DNA of 57,058 nucleotides. Origin: a virus (Duplodnaviria > Caudoviricetes). Every line of letters starts with the position of its first letter. The stretch's first letter is position 1. Of the stretch, positions 40,618 through 49,577 are shown piece by piece. Position numbers and translations under genes: made by a program. Location of the stretch: IMG/VR virus record IMGVR_UViG_3300027679_000006, positions 1-57,058 of that record, one strand, 5' to 3'. The notes under the pieces are model-generated. The model saw only the letters and a list, made by a program, of their open reading frames with translations. It made no database searches and was not told where the DNA came from.

Positions 40618-41549
40618 GTAGCGCGCCGTTTCCAGACCTTGGCGGTCACGGAATCATTGAGCGCAACCCTACCTATATCAGCGTAAGTGAGTTGCGAGAG
40701 TATCTCTCGTGCCCACTGCGCTGGTGGTACAAGTACAGGATGGGCCTGTGGACCGAGCGAACGACACCGTTCTTTGCCCTGGGCACCGCAGTGCATTCTG
40801 GCCTAGCGCTTTGGTATGGCAATAAGTCCAACAAGTTGTCCGGCGGCAAGGCAAAGGAATTTGCGCTGCGAGGATTCTCCGATACCTATCAGAAAGAGGC
40901 GGAGAAAGTGGACTGGTCGCTAGAGACCACGCGCAACATCTTGACGGACAGCGCGACGGGTCAGGAGATGCTGGAGGCAGCAATTACTGCAGGTGATAAC
41001 TGGACCCCGCACCAGGATGGCGGCATTGAGAAAACGTTTATGGCCGATATCAAGCACAGCAAGTTGGGCACGCTCCCCATTCAACTAAAGGCAACCGTCG
41101 ACATGTTGCTTGATAACAAAAATGTTGTTGAGCACAAGACGGCAGAGCGCAAGTGGGAGCAGGGTCGAGAGCACGGAGACATCCAGGCAACAGCCTACGC
41201 TTTGGCAGTGCGCGATAACTTTGGGCACGACCCAGAGGTCACGTTCAACATCATCAGCAAGTCCGCGAAGGGCCCAAACGTTGACCGGCGCGTCACACGA
41301 AGGAGCCAAGACCAGATCGATCGCCTGTACATTCAGGTTCGATCGTTCCTTGATGCGCGCGAGAAGGGTGCGGTCTACCCGAACCCAACAGCGTTCATCC
41401 ATGAGAAGTGCGAGTTCCGTGCGCTATGCGACAAGTGGGAGAGCCACCCGCAGCAGTTGCCAGACTCGCGTCGCGCGCTGAAGGTTCTTCTCCCGACCCT
41501 TGCCGACAATGCAGTGAAGACACTGCAAGACCCACCAAGGATTCGATAA
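40614..41549 (+). CDS. PD-(D/E)XK RecB-like exonuclease
   Basis: S.S....Y..CP..W; G.AVH; VD...VVEHKT; Q..AY; C-terminal CEF..LC. Confidence 0.85.
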   Translation: MSSAPFPDLGGHGIIERNPTYISVSELREYLSCPLRWWYKYRMGLWTERTTPFFALGTAVHSGLALWYGNKSNKLSGGKAKEFALRGFSDTYQKEAEKVDWSLETTRNILTDSATGQEMLEAAITAGDNWTPHQDGGIEKTFMADIKHSKLGTLPIQLKATVDMLLDNKNVVEHKTAERKWEQGREHGDIQATAYALAVRDNFGHDPEVTFNIISKSAKGPNVDRRVTRRSQDQIDRLYIQVRSFLDAREKGAVYPNPTAFIHEKCEFRALCDKWESHPQQLPDSRRALKVLLPTLADNAVKTLQDPPRIR

Positions 41550-41845
41550 TGTCGTCGGCGGCGTATGTTGACTTCTACGACATCCTTCCGCCAAAGTGCG
41601 AGCACGATCCGTATCAGAAAGACTGCGTCGCCTGTGCGGTACGCGTGTTGAATATGTATCTTCCAGCGACAATGATGCTTTCAGTTGAATCAAAACCTGG
41701 CTCCTATCAGGCGCAGGCTTCTGACCGTGAGGGATTCTTCCGAGTGATTGCCAGCGGTTTGACACCAGCAGAAGCACTCGTTAATCTTCGCAGCCCACTG
41801 GCAATGATTACCTTCCTGGACACATCGGATAAGGGGAAAGAATAA
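41549..41845 (+). CDS. hypothetical protein
   Basis: ATG overlaps upstream stop; CEH...CVAC. Confidence 0.5.
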   Translation: MSSAAYVDFYDILPPKCEHDPYQKDCVACAVRVLNMYLPATMMLSVESKPGSYQAQASDREGFFRVIASGLTPAEALVNLRSPLAMITFLDTSDKGKE

Positions 41846-42006
41846 TGATGCCAGATGAGTACGGATATCAGCCGTGCGAAGACTGCGGCGACGAGACAAG
41901 CGAGACGCTAAAGTCGGGCACAGGGCTCGGTGTGTGGAGATGCGAGAAGTGCCACAACATTGCAACATGCGGATGTGAACTCTGCATCGCGGAGGGAGGC
42001 CACTAA
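41845..42006 (+). CDS. small zinc-finger protein (53 aa)
   Basis: Hand-translated; CEDC, CEKC, CGCELC; AAGGGG SD. Confidence 0.55.
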   Translation: MMPDEYGYQPCEDCGDETSETLKSGTGLGVWRCEKCHNIATCGCELCIAEGGH

Positions 42007-42007
42007 A

Positions 42008-42733
42008 TTGACCGACTACAAGGACATTCCGTTCTTTCCTGAAGATCTCGTTGCAAACGAGGTTGTCCGACGCGTGTGGTGGCGCTGCTATAGCGACCTG
42101 CCAAAGCACAAGAAGTTGTGGCGACTCCCAGATAACAACGCACGCTGGGCGTGGGTCGTCATGCTGTGCGCAGCATCGGAGACGCACGGTGTATTTGAAT
42201 CTGATCAGCACATCGAAGCCGTCATCGGCACGCAGAACGCCAAGTGGCTCGCCGTATTCCGACGGGTTGGACTGCTTGATGGGCTGGTCATTCACGATTG
42301 GGACGAGTGGCAGGAGACCCCACAGGATGCGTCACGCGCGGAGCGACTGAAGAAGTCTGCCCAAGCACGAGAGCGATACGAGCGACTAGAACTTAATCAC
42401 GTCGAAGACAGCCCCGTCCCAGTCCGCACCATGAAGGAGTGGCTGGAGTACGTGGTCGGTGGGCCAAATCCGCAGGGCAGGCTGACCGAATTCATCGCAG
42501 CGCAGTTCGGCATCATTCCCGACAAGAATGATTACGGTCGCGTGGCACGACTTATCAAGTCCTATCCGGGCGGAATCCCCGCGCTCATGTCTGCGGTATG
42601 CGAGGCTGCACTACGTGATGTGAAGGGGGACTACATTGCGTACATCACCAAACTCGGTCAGGGTCGAGCCAAGTTCGGCGCCACGGTCCCTGCCACCACG
42701 CGAAACGAAAGCCGGGATTCTTTCGTCGAATAA
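42008..42733 (+). CDS. putative replication initiator
   Basis: GGAGG SD before TTG; H.K...L...ARWAW and IHDWDEWQ motif; precedes DnaC-like gene. Confidence 0.6.
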   Translation: MTDYKDIPFFPEDLVANEVVRRVWWRCYSDLPKHKKLWRLPDNNARWAWVVMLCAASETHGVFESDQHIEAVIGTQNAKWLAVFRRVGLLDGLVIHDWDEWQETPQDASRAERLKKSAQARERYERLELNHVEDSPVPVRTMKEWLEYVVGGPNPQGRLTEFIAAQFGIIPDKNDYGRVARLIKSYPGGIPALMSAVCEAALRDVKGDYIAYITKLGQGRAKFGATVPATTRNESRDSFVE

Positions 42734-42790
42734 CAAACACATGCAAACAATCTTCCGTCGCGGACGGAAGATTGAGAATGGAGGTGAGGC

Positions 42791-43477
42791 ATGCATGCCG
42801 AAACGACCCCGCCGCAGGCGGGAAGACTCGGAAAAATTTTAGAAAAATTAGGGATTCCGCAGCGTCACGCTGCCTCATCCCTTTCTACCTGGATTGATCG
42901 TCCTGGCACGGAGAAAGGGCTCAATGCTGCACAGGAATGGATTACCAGCCCGCTGTCAGATCAGGGCTTCATGCTCTTGGGTACCCCAGGCACAGGCAAG
43001 ACACACCTCGCAGTCGCAGCACTACGGGGTAAGACAGAGGCATGGCTGGCAGAGCAGGATGCGGATGCGAAACGCGACATCTACTACCAGCCCTCAGCAC
43101 AGCCAGTCCATAAGATGCGCTTCCTCAACGTCCCGCTGTTCCTGGAGCGTCTGCGCTCGCAAATGCGCTACTCGGATGGTGAGGCATCGCAACTCTTCGA
43201 ATACTGCCTCGACAAGGCATCTGTGGTCGTCCTCGACGACTTGGGCAAAGAGCGAGCGACCGATTGGGCCTCCGAAAAACTGTACGTGCTGATTGAGAGC
43301 AGGTATAGTGCCTGCAAGCCCACGATTGCTACCAGTAATCGCACGCTTGATGAATTGGATGATCTTGGCTATGGCCCAGCAATCTCTCGGCTCCAACAGA
43401 CATGCAGAGTCGTCCGTATGGACGCCCCCGACTATCGCCCTCGTGCGCGAGCCGCTGAGGATACGGCTGCTCGGTAG
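42791..43477 (+). CDS. DnaC/IstB-like AAA+ helicase loader
   Basis: Walker A GTPGTGKTHLA, Walker B VVLDDLG, RY....TI.TSN, SRL. Confidence 0.9.
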   Translation: MHAETTPPQAGRLGKILEKLGIPQRHAASSLSTWIDRPGTEKGLNAAQEWITSPLSDQGFMLLGTPGTGKTHLAVAALRGKTEAWLAEQDADAKRDIYYQPSAQPVHKMRFLNVPLFLERLRSQMRYSDGEASQLFEYCLDKASVVVLDDLGKERATDWASEKLYVLIESRYSACKPTIATSNRTLDELDDLGYGPAISRLQQTCRVVRMDAPDYRPRARAAEDTAAR

Positions 43478-43814
43478 GCCCCCCTCCTGGAATGCGGCAT
43501 ACCGTGCGCATGGCAGCATCGTCTACAAAACACGGATTGCAAAAGACTGGAAAACCCTGATAGAATCGTTGGTGCGGGCCAGGGCGCTCGAGACACTCTG
43601 GTCCGCAAAAGAAGAGAGGACAATCGTCGACATTAGTATCAGCCTGAAGAGGCCGATGGATGCCGACAATATCCTGAAACTCACGCTTGATGCCGTTGCA
43701 TCAGGTTTGGGTATGAATGATCGGTGGTTCTTGCCAAGGGTCTGGTCTCTCCAGACACAGCAAGACACCGAATATGTAGACCTGTCGATATGGCAGGAAG
43801 GAGACATCGGATGA
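43443..43814 (+). CDS. rusA: RusA-like Holliday junction resolvase
   Basis: PPSWN..YR; DADNILKLTLDA...ND; start uncertain. Confidence 0.75.
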   Translation: MREPLRIRLLGRPPSWNAAYRAHGSIVYKTRIAKDWKTLIESLVRARALETLWSAKEERTIVDISISLKRPMDADNILKLTLDAVASGLGMNDRWFLPRVWSLQTQQDTEYVDLSIWQEGDIG

Positions 43815-44194
43815 TTAAGGTCACACTTCTCGGGCGCGTCGGGAGCGACCCAGTACTCCGCACCACGAAGACCGGCAAGACCGTTGCCAACTTCAGTGTT
43901 GCAGACAACCAGAAAGAGGCAGGAGAGCAGAAGACCACGTGGTACAGCGTCTCATGCTGGGATGCAAAGGCAGAAATTGCCGAGAAAATCGTCCGTAAGG
44001 GCGACTTGGTCTATGTCGAGGGCGTCCCTACGGTCTCATCGTGGACCGACAAGCAGGGCGCAGCACGCAACGAAATTTCGATTTCGTGCCGCTTCCTCCA
44101 GGTCGAGAAGCAGAAGAAGGACGGCCCTTCGCAGGAAACTGTCGGGTCGACCCAGTCTGCTAATATCAACGACGACATCGACATTCCGTTCTAG
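43811..44194 (+). CDS. ssb: single-stranded DNA-binding protein
   Basis: VTLLGRVG.DP.LR.T..G..VANFSVA; KGDLVYVEG; C-terminal DDIDIPF. Confidence 0.95.
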   Translation: MIKVTLLGRVGSDPVLRTTKTGKTVANFSVADNQKEAGEQKTTWYSVSCWDAKAEIAEKIVRKGDLVYVEGVPTVSSWTDKQGAARNEISISCRFLQVEKQKKDGPSQETVGSTQSANINDDIDIPF

Positions 44195-44312
44195 GGTCAT
44201 CACGCCCCAGATGCGCCTCTGAAGTCATCACAACTTCGGAGGGAGATGTACTCAACCCCCAGGGGAAACCTTGGGGGTTGTTTTTCCCCCAAAACAGCCT
44301 AAGGAGCCCACC

Positions 44313-44615
44313 ATGCACCAAGACAGCCCCTCCACCCAAATCGCCGCTCTCCGTGGCTCTAAGGACCTTCTCCTGGAGTTCTGGGCCCCTTGGTGCGAGC
44401 CGTGTAAGCGCACGATGCCAGAAGTAGACCGTTTCGCAGCCCACAACCCTGACATCACCGTCATCAAAGTAAACGTGGATGCCGAGCGAGCCCTCACTAC
44501 GGAGTGGGAAGTACGCACTATCCCGATGATGGTCTACGTACCGGTAGACGGAGCCCCACGCGCGATCCTTGGCTTTACCCGTGCCGAAGATATCGAAAAA
44601 AAAATTAGGGGATAG
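44313..44615 (+). CDS. thioredoxin
   Basis: FWAPWCEPCK active site; KVNVD; IP; AAGGAG SD. Confidence 0.9.
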   Translation: MHQDSPSTQIAALRGSKDLLLEFWAPWCEPCKRTMPEVDRFAAHNPDITVIKVNVDAERALTTEWEVRTIPMMVYVPVDGAPRAILGFTRAEDIEKKIRG

Positions 44616-44712
44616 GGGTATCAGGGGGGTTCTTTCCCAGCGGGAAGTAGGGGGTTGACACTCGATCCTTGCGTTTGGGAGAAAAAATCTAGGTGCAGCC
44701 TTTACACGCCGC

Positions 44713-44742
44713 AACCCCCCGCCCTGAACGGGCGAGGGGGTT
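44713..44742 (-). terminator. hairpin at the convergent junction of replication module and cassette array
   Basis: AACCCCCTCGCCC-GTTCA-GGGCGGGGGGTT on minus strand. Confidence 0.5.
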
Positions 44743-44759
44743 GGGCACTATGAGCGCGC

Positions 44760-44837
44760 CTATAACGCGCCACCTAATAGATCGCCGATAACGCCGCCGA
44801 CAAAAACGACGACGATGATGATGATGAGCACTTCCAC
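44760..44837 (-). CDS. 25-aa hydrophobic micropeptide (cassette A)
   Basis: GGAG-5nt-GTG; MEVLIIIIVVVFVGGVIGDLLGGAL. Confidence 0.5.
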   Translation of the reverse strand: MEVLIIIIVVVFVGGVIGDLLGGAL

Positions 44838-44894
44838 GATTTCTCCATTTCTGGCGGCGACGCGCCGCCCCGAAGGGCGACGCGCCGCGCGCCG

Positions 44895-45152
44895 CTAGAA
44901 CTTGTTTAGCATCTCCACGCGAGCCGCTGCGAGGGCTGCGTGAGCATCGCACGCGGCATCCTGCCGCGTGAATCGCGTGATCGCCGAGCCGTCAAGCGAC
45001 GCTGTGCGCTTCGCTGCGTGCCAAGCGGTTTCCACGATCCACGACGCCGCCGCGCCGCAAGTTCGTGGCGTCTTGCCGAAGGCTTCGTGCCGCACCATTA
45101 CGACTGCGCCGCAAACGCGCGGCTGCTGCTCTGGCAGTTTCGTGATCCTCAT
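44895..45152 (-). CDS. hypothetical Cys/His protein (cassette A)
   Basis: AAGGGGG SD; MRITKLP...CDAHAA. Confidence 0.7.
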   Translation of the reverse strand: MRITKLPEQQPRVCGAVVMVRHEAFGKTPRTCGAAASWIVETAWHAAKRTASLDGSAITRFTRQDAACDAHAALAAARVEMLNKF

Positions 45153-45199
45153 TGTGAACCCCCTTCGTATTGTTGCGCGGGGCATCTCCCCGACTCCTA

Positions 45200-45232
45200 T
45201 ACAATGCCAGACGCCGAAACCTACTATGGAGC
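45200..45232 (-). promoter_or_regulatory. cassette motif copy A
   Basis: GCTCCATAGTAGGTTT-CGGCGTC-TGGCATTGTA. Confidence 0.85.
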
Positions 45233-45313
45233 AGGGGCGCGGCGCGGCGTGCTGCGGCGTGCTGCGGCGTGCGGCATCGCTGCGGTGTCTGGCGCGGTGT
45301 CTGGGGTGTCGCG

Positions 45314-45390
45314 CATTACGCATTACACATAACGGATAACACATAACGGATAACACCTAACGCATAACGGATAACGCATAGGGCATAACG
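45314..45390. repeat. 7-bp tandem array (CATAACN)x11
   Basis: cattacg cattaca cataacg gataaca cataacg gataaca cctaacg cataacg gataacg cataggg cataacg. Confidence 0.9.
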
Positions 45391-45395
45391 AAGAA

Positions 45396-45427
45396 GCGGC
45401 GACGACCCCCGAAGGGATCGCCGCCGC
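45396..45427 (-). terminator. C(UUCG)G hairpin ending cassette B
   Basis: GCGGCGGCGATCCC-TTCG-GGGGTCGTCGCCGC then TTCTT; G-U pairs only on minus strand. Confidence 0.75.
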
Positions 45428-45433
45428 TCTTCT

Positions 45434-45586
45434 TCATCGCACGATGGCGACGACGAGGTGCGCCAAGAAATACGCCGCCGCCGCGCTGATGGCGTACCAC
45501 GCCATACGCCCGACGAAGGCGCGATTCTTGCGCTCCTGCTCAATCTCCGCATAGGTGCGAAGGCTGATGATTGTTTTCCGATTCAT
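45434..45586 (-). CDS. 50-aa membrane-anchored protein (cassette B)
   Basis: GAGGG SD; MNRKTIISLRTY...AWYAISAAAAYFLAHLVVAIVR. Confidence 0.6.
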   Translation of the reverse strand: MNRKTIISLRTYAEIEQERKNRAFVGRMAWYAISAAAAYFLAHLVVAIVR

Positions 45587-45644
45587 ACTTTCCCTCTCTC
45601 TCTGCGACGACGCGCCGCCCCGAAGGGCGACGCGCCGCCGCGCT

Positions 45645-46097
45645 CTACTTTACAAACTCCTCGCCGTTCACAACGACCGACGAGATGCGCTCTAAACCAT
45701 AGGCGCGGTGTGAGTGCCGCTCGCCCTTGCCGTAGCACGACGATCCTTCGCGGGAAGCGTAGGGGCAAGCCGTTGCCTCGCCGTACTCGTTCATCGCGTA
45801 GACGAGGAAGCCGAGCGACTGCGTGCCCTTCTTGGATAGGCGTACTGGATCGCCGCCGCCCCACGCGGGATCGGGGCGACCGCTGACGCGCACGACCGAG
45901 ATCGTGCCGCCGTCTACCTCGTGCGTGCTGATTGTCTGCTGCGCGGCGAAGGTGTGCCCTTCTACGCTCTTGCCCTTTGCGTCAATGGCGCGCTTTACGA
46001 GCACCTTCTCGCTCGTTGGAAGCGTGCTCGCCACGAGGGTGAACACGCGCCCCTTCGCCGCTGCGATTGCGGCGCGGATCTGCTCTGCTGTTGCCAT
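45645..46097 (-). CDS. hypothetical protein, paralog of 52040..52492 (cassette B)
   Basis: AAGGAG SD; 150 aa; shares AKGR, TISVV, EYG.ATACPY...SC....RH.HR. Confidence 0.8.
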   Translation of the reverse strand: MATAEQIRAAIAAAKGRVFTLVASTLPTSEKVLVKRAIDAKGKSVEGHTFAAQQTISTHEVDGGTISVVRVSGRPDPAWGGGDPVRLSKKGTQSLGFLVYAMNEYGEATACPYASREGSSCYGKGERHSHRAYGLERISSVVVNGEEFVK

Positions 46098-46141
46098 AGT
46101 GCGCTCTCCTTCCATACTGCGGGGAAGCCCCCCGACTCCTA

Positions 46142-46174
46142 TACAATGCCACGCCGCCAAACCTACTATGGAGC
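46142..46174 (-). promoter_or_regulatory. cassette motif copy B
   Basis: GCTCCATAGTAGGTTT-GGCGGCG-TGGCATTGTA. Confidence 0.85.
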
Positions 46175-46258
46175 AGGGCGACGAGGGGCGGCGCGGCATC
46201 GCTCGCTGCGTTGTGTCGCCCCTGCTGCGGTGCTGCGCCTCGCCTGTATGAGGTAAGG

Positions 46259-46328
46259 CATAACCCATAACGCATAAGCCATAACGCGTAAGGCATAAGC
46301 CATAACACATAAGACATAAGCCATAAAC
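46259..46328. repeat. 7-bp tandem array (CATAASN)x10
   Basis: cataacc cataacg cataagc cataacg cgtaagg cataagc cataaca cataaga cataagc cataaac. Confidence 0.9.
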
Positions 46329-46370
46329 GAAACGGCGGCGACACCCCCGAAGGGATGCCGCCGCCGCCTC

Positions 46371-46757
46371 TTAGATCGTGCGCCCGTCGTACATCGGGAA
46401 GCCGCCATCGTTGAGCACGCGCTCAATCTTGGCGATTTCCGAATCCGTGAAGCCGCGCAACTCGTCATCGTGTACGAGCGCACAATCTCCCGCGATTGTG
46501 TAATACGGAGCCGCCGATTCTGCAACCGCGCGAACATCCGCCGCCGTCATATTGCGGCGCGGATTCTGTACGAGAAGCCCCTCTTCATCGCACAGGAGCA
46601 CGACAGGCACGCCGCCAATCTTGCCCCGTGATGCAACCTCAACGAGATTGCAACCGATTGCGTTGTAGACATCCTGCAAGCCCTTGCCGTGTTCCGTCTT
46701 CGTGATGCGATGCGTGCCATCTTCTAGCGCGCGAATCACGAACATCAAACCTGCCAT
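46371..46757 (-). CDS. DUF3846-like protein (cassette C)
   Basis: LQ.VY.AIG...VE, CDEEGLL...N..A, IAGD..L motifs; AAGGAGG SD. Confidence 0.7.
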   Translation of the reverse strand: MAGLMFVIRALEDGTHRITKTEHGKGLQDVYNAIGCNLVEVASRGKIGGVPVVLLCDEEGLLVQNPRRNMTAADVRAVAESAAPYYTIAGDCALVHDDELRGFTDSEIAKIERVLNDGGFPMYDGRTI

Positions 46758-46851
46758 AGTGTGCCTCCTTGTTTGTGTGTTTGTGCTCCCCCTATTGGTT
46801 CACCCGCCAGACGCGGGGGGAGCGATCGCGTACTAGCGGAAGCGTCGGCGT

Positions 46852-47070
46852 TTAGCCGATACGAAGCCGCGACCCGACGACCGCCGCGTGCGCCTCGCAG
46901 ATACCGATCTGCGCGCGCCCTGCGATCGTGTAGGTTGCGGGCTTCTCGCATACGCCGCTGTAATCACAGCGACGAGCGCCGATCGTCTTCATCGGCACGA
47001 AGCCGAAGTAGACGGCGCGCTCCGAGCGGATAGCGCGTGCCGCCACCTGCTCGTTGTGCTTGTTGCCCAT
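46852..47070 (-). CDS. small Cys/His protein (cassette C)
   Basis: GGAGG SD; CDYSGVCEKPA...CEAHAA. Confidence 0.7.
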   Translation of the reverse strand: MGNKHNEQVAARAIRSERAVYFGFVPMKTIGARRCDYSGVCEKPATYTIAGRAQIGICEAHAAVVGSRLRIG

Positions 47071-47111
47071 AGTGCCTCCACTAGGTGCTGCGGAATCTCC
47101 GCCGCTATTCA

Positions 47112-47144
47112 TACAATGCCAGACCTCCAAACCTACTATGGAGC
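47112..47144 (-). promoter_or_regulatory. cassette motif copy C
   Basis: GCTCCATAGTAGGTTT-GGAGGTC-TGGCATTGTA. Confidence 0.85.
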
Positions 47145-47214
47145 GGCGTGCGCCGCTGTGCGCGCGTTGCGGCGCGCCGCTTGTCGCTGTTGTTGTGAAT
47201 CTCTCGCGCATACA

Positions 47215-47270
47215 CATAGGGCATAACACATAACGCCTAACACATAAGCCATAACACATAAGCCATAACA
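47215..47270. repeat. 7-bp tandem array x8
   Basis: cataggg cataaca cataacg cctaaca cataagc cataaca cataagc cataaca. Confidence 0.9.
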
Positions 47271-47324
47271 AAGAAGCGGCGACACCCCCGAAGGGATGCC
47301 GCCGCTTGTTGTTGCCGCCTGTTG

Positions 47325-47573
47325 TTAGCGCGCCAGTTCTACCGCTTCTGCGAGGCGTGCCATCGCCGCGCCTTCATCGTAGAACTCCTCGCGCCCAAAG
47401 ATTTCCGCGCCGCCCTGCGGTGTCGTTGTGTCTACCGATAGTTTCTCAAACACTCCAACCTCAACGAGAATCTCAACATCGCCCTTCTCCTGCGCGGTTT
47501 CCTGCCGCGTGTATCGTGCGAAGGTTGTCGTGCCGCCGTTTGTGTGAATCTGATACCAAGTGTTTCGCTTCAT
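47325..47573 (-). CDS. hypothetical protein, paralog of 52940..53170 (cassette D)
   Basis: AAAGGAG SD; NTWYQIHTNG..TTFAR. Confidence 0.75.
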   Translation of the reverse strand: MKRNTWYQIHTNGGTTTFARYTRQETAQEKGDVEILVEVGVFEKLSVDTTTPQGGAEIFGREEFYDEGAAMARLAEAVELAR

Positions 47574-47629
47574 CGTGTTGCTCCTTTCGCTATGGGGTCG
47601 CGGGGCGACAACGCCGCCCCGCTCCCCGA

Positions 47630-47836
47630 CTACCTGCTCTGTGGCTCGTAGGTGTCCATCCACTCGCCGCAAAGTTTCGTGCGCTCTACCGCCTCTGCGC
47701 CCTTCGCAGTCCTGCTGCTCGTTTCTGGGTCGTTAGTCCACGCGCGAACCTGCGCGATGGTTAGTCCATCGGCGATGGTTTCGCTTGGATACCGCCCCGA
47801 CGCAAACACGCGAACGATTCGGAATAGCGTTTCCAT
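47630..47836 (-). CDS. hypothetical protein (cassette D)
   Basis: AAAGGGG SD; 68 aa. Confidence 0.7.
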   Translation of the reverse strand: METLFRIVRVFASGRYPSETIADGLTIAQVRAWTNDPETSSRTAKGAEAVERTKLCGEWMDTYEPQSR

Positions 47837-47892
47837 CCTGTACCCCTTTCGCTATGGGATCGGGGGGCGGCAACGCCGCCCCCCTTCCCGTG

Positions 47893-48090
47893 TTATCGCC
47901 CCGCTAGGGAAGCGATTGCCGCCGCGCCTTCGGCGCAATCCTCGCAGACTGGAATCTTTACGCCTTCTGGCGAGCCATCGTGGATTCGGATGAAAGTTTC
48001 CGCATCCTCTTCGCATCCGTTTAGGAAGTACTCATCGGCGAGGCAACCAGTACCATCCTCAATGTGTCCCTGTCCCTTGATGTAGGGCAT
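47893..48090 (-). CDS. small zinc-finger protein (cassette D)
   Basis: AAGGAG SD; C..C...CEDC. Confidence 0.7.
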   Translation of the reverse strand: MPYIKGQGHIEDGTGCLADEYFLNGCEEDAETFIRIHDGSPEGVKIPVCEDCAEGAAAIASLAGR

Positions 48091-48133
48091 CTTGTTTCTC
48101 CTTCTTTGTGAGAAGCGTCTGCCTCTCTATCTC

Positions 48134-48166
48134 TACAATGCCAGACTCTCAAACCTACTATGGAGC
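48134..48166 (-). promoter_or_regulatory. cassette motif copy D
   Basis: GCTCCATAGTAGGTTT-GAGAGTC-TGGCATTGTA. Confidence 0.85.
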
Positions 48167-48195
48167 GGCGGAGCCGAAGCCCCGCCGCCGATCCC

Positions 48196-48354
48196 TTACT
48201 TTGCGTATCGCCTACGCTTCATCTCCTCGCGGAAGCGTGCCATCGCCTCGCGCTTTGTGAATCCGTAATAAGTAATGGATTCCGTATAACCTTGATGAAT
48301 AGCAGACACAACCCACGCGCCGTTGTGCCATACGCGCGATGCCGTAATCGTCAT
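48196..48354 (-). CDS. 52-aa hypothetical protein (cassette E)
   Basis: AGGAGG SD; MTITASRVWHNGAWVVSAIHQGYTESITYYGFTKREAMARFREEMKRRRYAK. Confidence 0.7.
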   Translation of the reverse strand: MTITASRVWHNGAWVVSAIHQGYTESITYYGFTKREAMARFREEMKRRRYAK

Positions 48355-48418
48355 AACAACCTCCTAGTGTTGGCGGCGGAGCCGAAGCCCCGCCGCCGTT
48401 GTTGGGCGGATGCGCCGC

Positions 48419-48655
48419 CTACGCGTTGTTGCGTTGGCGAACTTCTTCCGCCGCGATAGCGATGAGAGAGTCTACGAGGTACAAGCGAATCTGCTCAACC
48501 GCGAGCAGCCGCTTCTCCACGCAACCCTTCACATCGCACGATGCGATTTCGGCGCACGAGCCTTCTGGCTCGTTGTACACAATCGCCTTGGCGATGCCGA
48601 TGATCGCCGCCTCAATCTGGTGAGGCTCCAACGGGTGATTCTTGCCGTATTGCAT
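48419..48655 (-). CDS. hypothetical protein (cassette E)
   Basis: GAGGAGG SD; 78 aa. Confidence 0.7.
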   Translation of the reverse strand: MQYGKNHPLEPHQIEAAIIGIAKAIVYNEPEGSCAEIASCDVKGCVEKRLLAVEQIRLYLVDSLIAIAAEEVRQRNNA

Positions 48656-48700
48656 ACGACCTCCTCAATGTGCGAGCGGTATCGCCGCTCCCGATGAATA

Positions 48701-48733
48701 CACTATGCCAGACACTCAAACCTACTATGGAGC
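48701..48733 (-). promoter_or_regulatory. cassette motif copy E
   Basis: GCTCCATAGTAGGTTT-GAGTGTC-TGGCATAGTG. Confidence 0.85.
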
Positions 48734-48813
48734 AGGCAACGCAACGAGATACGCAACGCAACGGCGCGCAAACAACAACGAAGAATCTGCGCGCGAGCGC
48801 ATATGCCTATATG

Positions 48814-48855
48814 CGTAAGTCATAACCCATAACGCGTAAGGCATAACAAATAACA
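48814..48855. repeat. 7-bp tandem array x6
   Basis: cgtaagt cataacc cataacg cgtaagg cataaca aataaca. Confidence 0.85.
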
Positions 48856-48893
48856 AAGGGGGGCAACCGCCGAAGCGGTCGCCCCCCTTTTAT

Positions 48894-48953
48894 CTATTCG
48901 CTCAACGAAGCCAAGACCACAAGGATCAGCATCGTTGCGATGATTACTTCCAC
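48894..48953 (-). CDS. 19-aa hydrophobic micropeptide (cassette F)
   Basis: GTG start overlapping upstream ORF end; MEVIIATMLILVVLASLSE. Confidence 0.4.
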   Translation of the reverse strand: MEVIIATMLILVVLASLSE

Positions 48954-49108
48954 TTATCTCGCCGCGCCTCGGCGATCTCACGCTTGCGGTCATCAGCGCG
49001 CTTCTCACGGCGATGCTTCTCGCAGCAATCACCATCAGCAGCAGGTCGCTTCGTCCAACGGACGGAGTGCTCTGGGATGGCGATCTTCTCAACATTTCTC
49101 CGATTCAT
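48944..49108 (-). CDS. 54-aa basic protein (cassette F)
   Basis: AGGAGG SD; MNRRNVEKIAIPEHSVRW...CCEKH. Confidence 0.6.
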   Translation of the reverse strand: MNRRNVEKIAIPEHSVRWTKRPAADGDCCEKHRREKRADDRKREIAEARRDKWK

Positions 49109-49168
49109 ACACCCTCCTATGTGGCTCGCGGCGGCGGAGCCGAAGCCCCGCCGCCGTCCGCCGATTGT

Positions 49169-49498
49169 TTAGGCGACGACTTCTGTCGCCGACTCCGCTA
49201 GTTCCAGAACATCGCTCTGGTCTGCGTTGTCCTCCAACGCGCTGCGAATCTTGGCGATGATTGCCGTCAGTCGCTCGTTCTCGGCGACCACCTCGGCGAC
49301 CATCTCCTCAACCGAGTCCAGAACTTCCTGAACCTCATCGGCGTAGGATTCAGCAGAACCCGCCGAATCACTTGCCGAGTCAGCGTAGGACTGCGCGTCC
49401 TGTGCCTCGGATGCGGCATCCTGCGCCGCTGACGATGCGCGCTCCGCGCTGCGGCGTGCCTCCGCTAGGATGTCCGTGAGTTTCTGTGTGTCGGTCAT
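49169..49498 (-). CDS. acidic Ala/Ser-rich coiled-coil protein (cassette F)
   Basis: GAGGAGG SD; 109 aa. Confidence 0.75.
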   Translation of the reverse strand: MTDTQKLTDILAEARRSAERASSAAQDAASEAQDAQSYADSASDSAGSAESYADEVQEVLDSVEEMVAEVVAENERLTAIIAKIRSALEDNADQSDVLELAESATEVVA

Positions 49499-49544
49499 AA
49501 GACCTCCTCACTTGGGAAGTGATCACAGCACCTCCTCTACTTCA

Positions 49545-49577
49545 TACAATGCCAGACCCTGAAACCTACTATGGAGC
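49545..49577 (-). promoter_or_regulatory. cassette motif copy F
   Basis: GCTCCATAGTAGGTTT-CAGGGTC-TGGCATTGTA. Confidence 0.85.

Noticed and set aside
40614-41549. Cas4 / CRISPR adaptation gene
   Set aside because: Context next to SSAP and replication genes fits a phage RecB-like recombination exonuclease
42791-43477. IS21 IstB transposition helper
   Set aside because: No IstA transposase or terminal repeats; initiator-loader synteny indicates a DnaC-like role
44655-44660. TTGACA -35 promoter on the plus strand
   Set aside because: No -10 hexamer at 16-18 nt spacing and no downstream plus-strand gene
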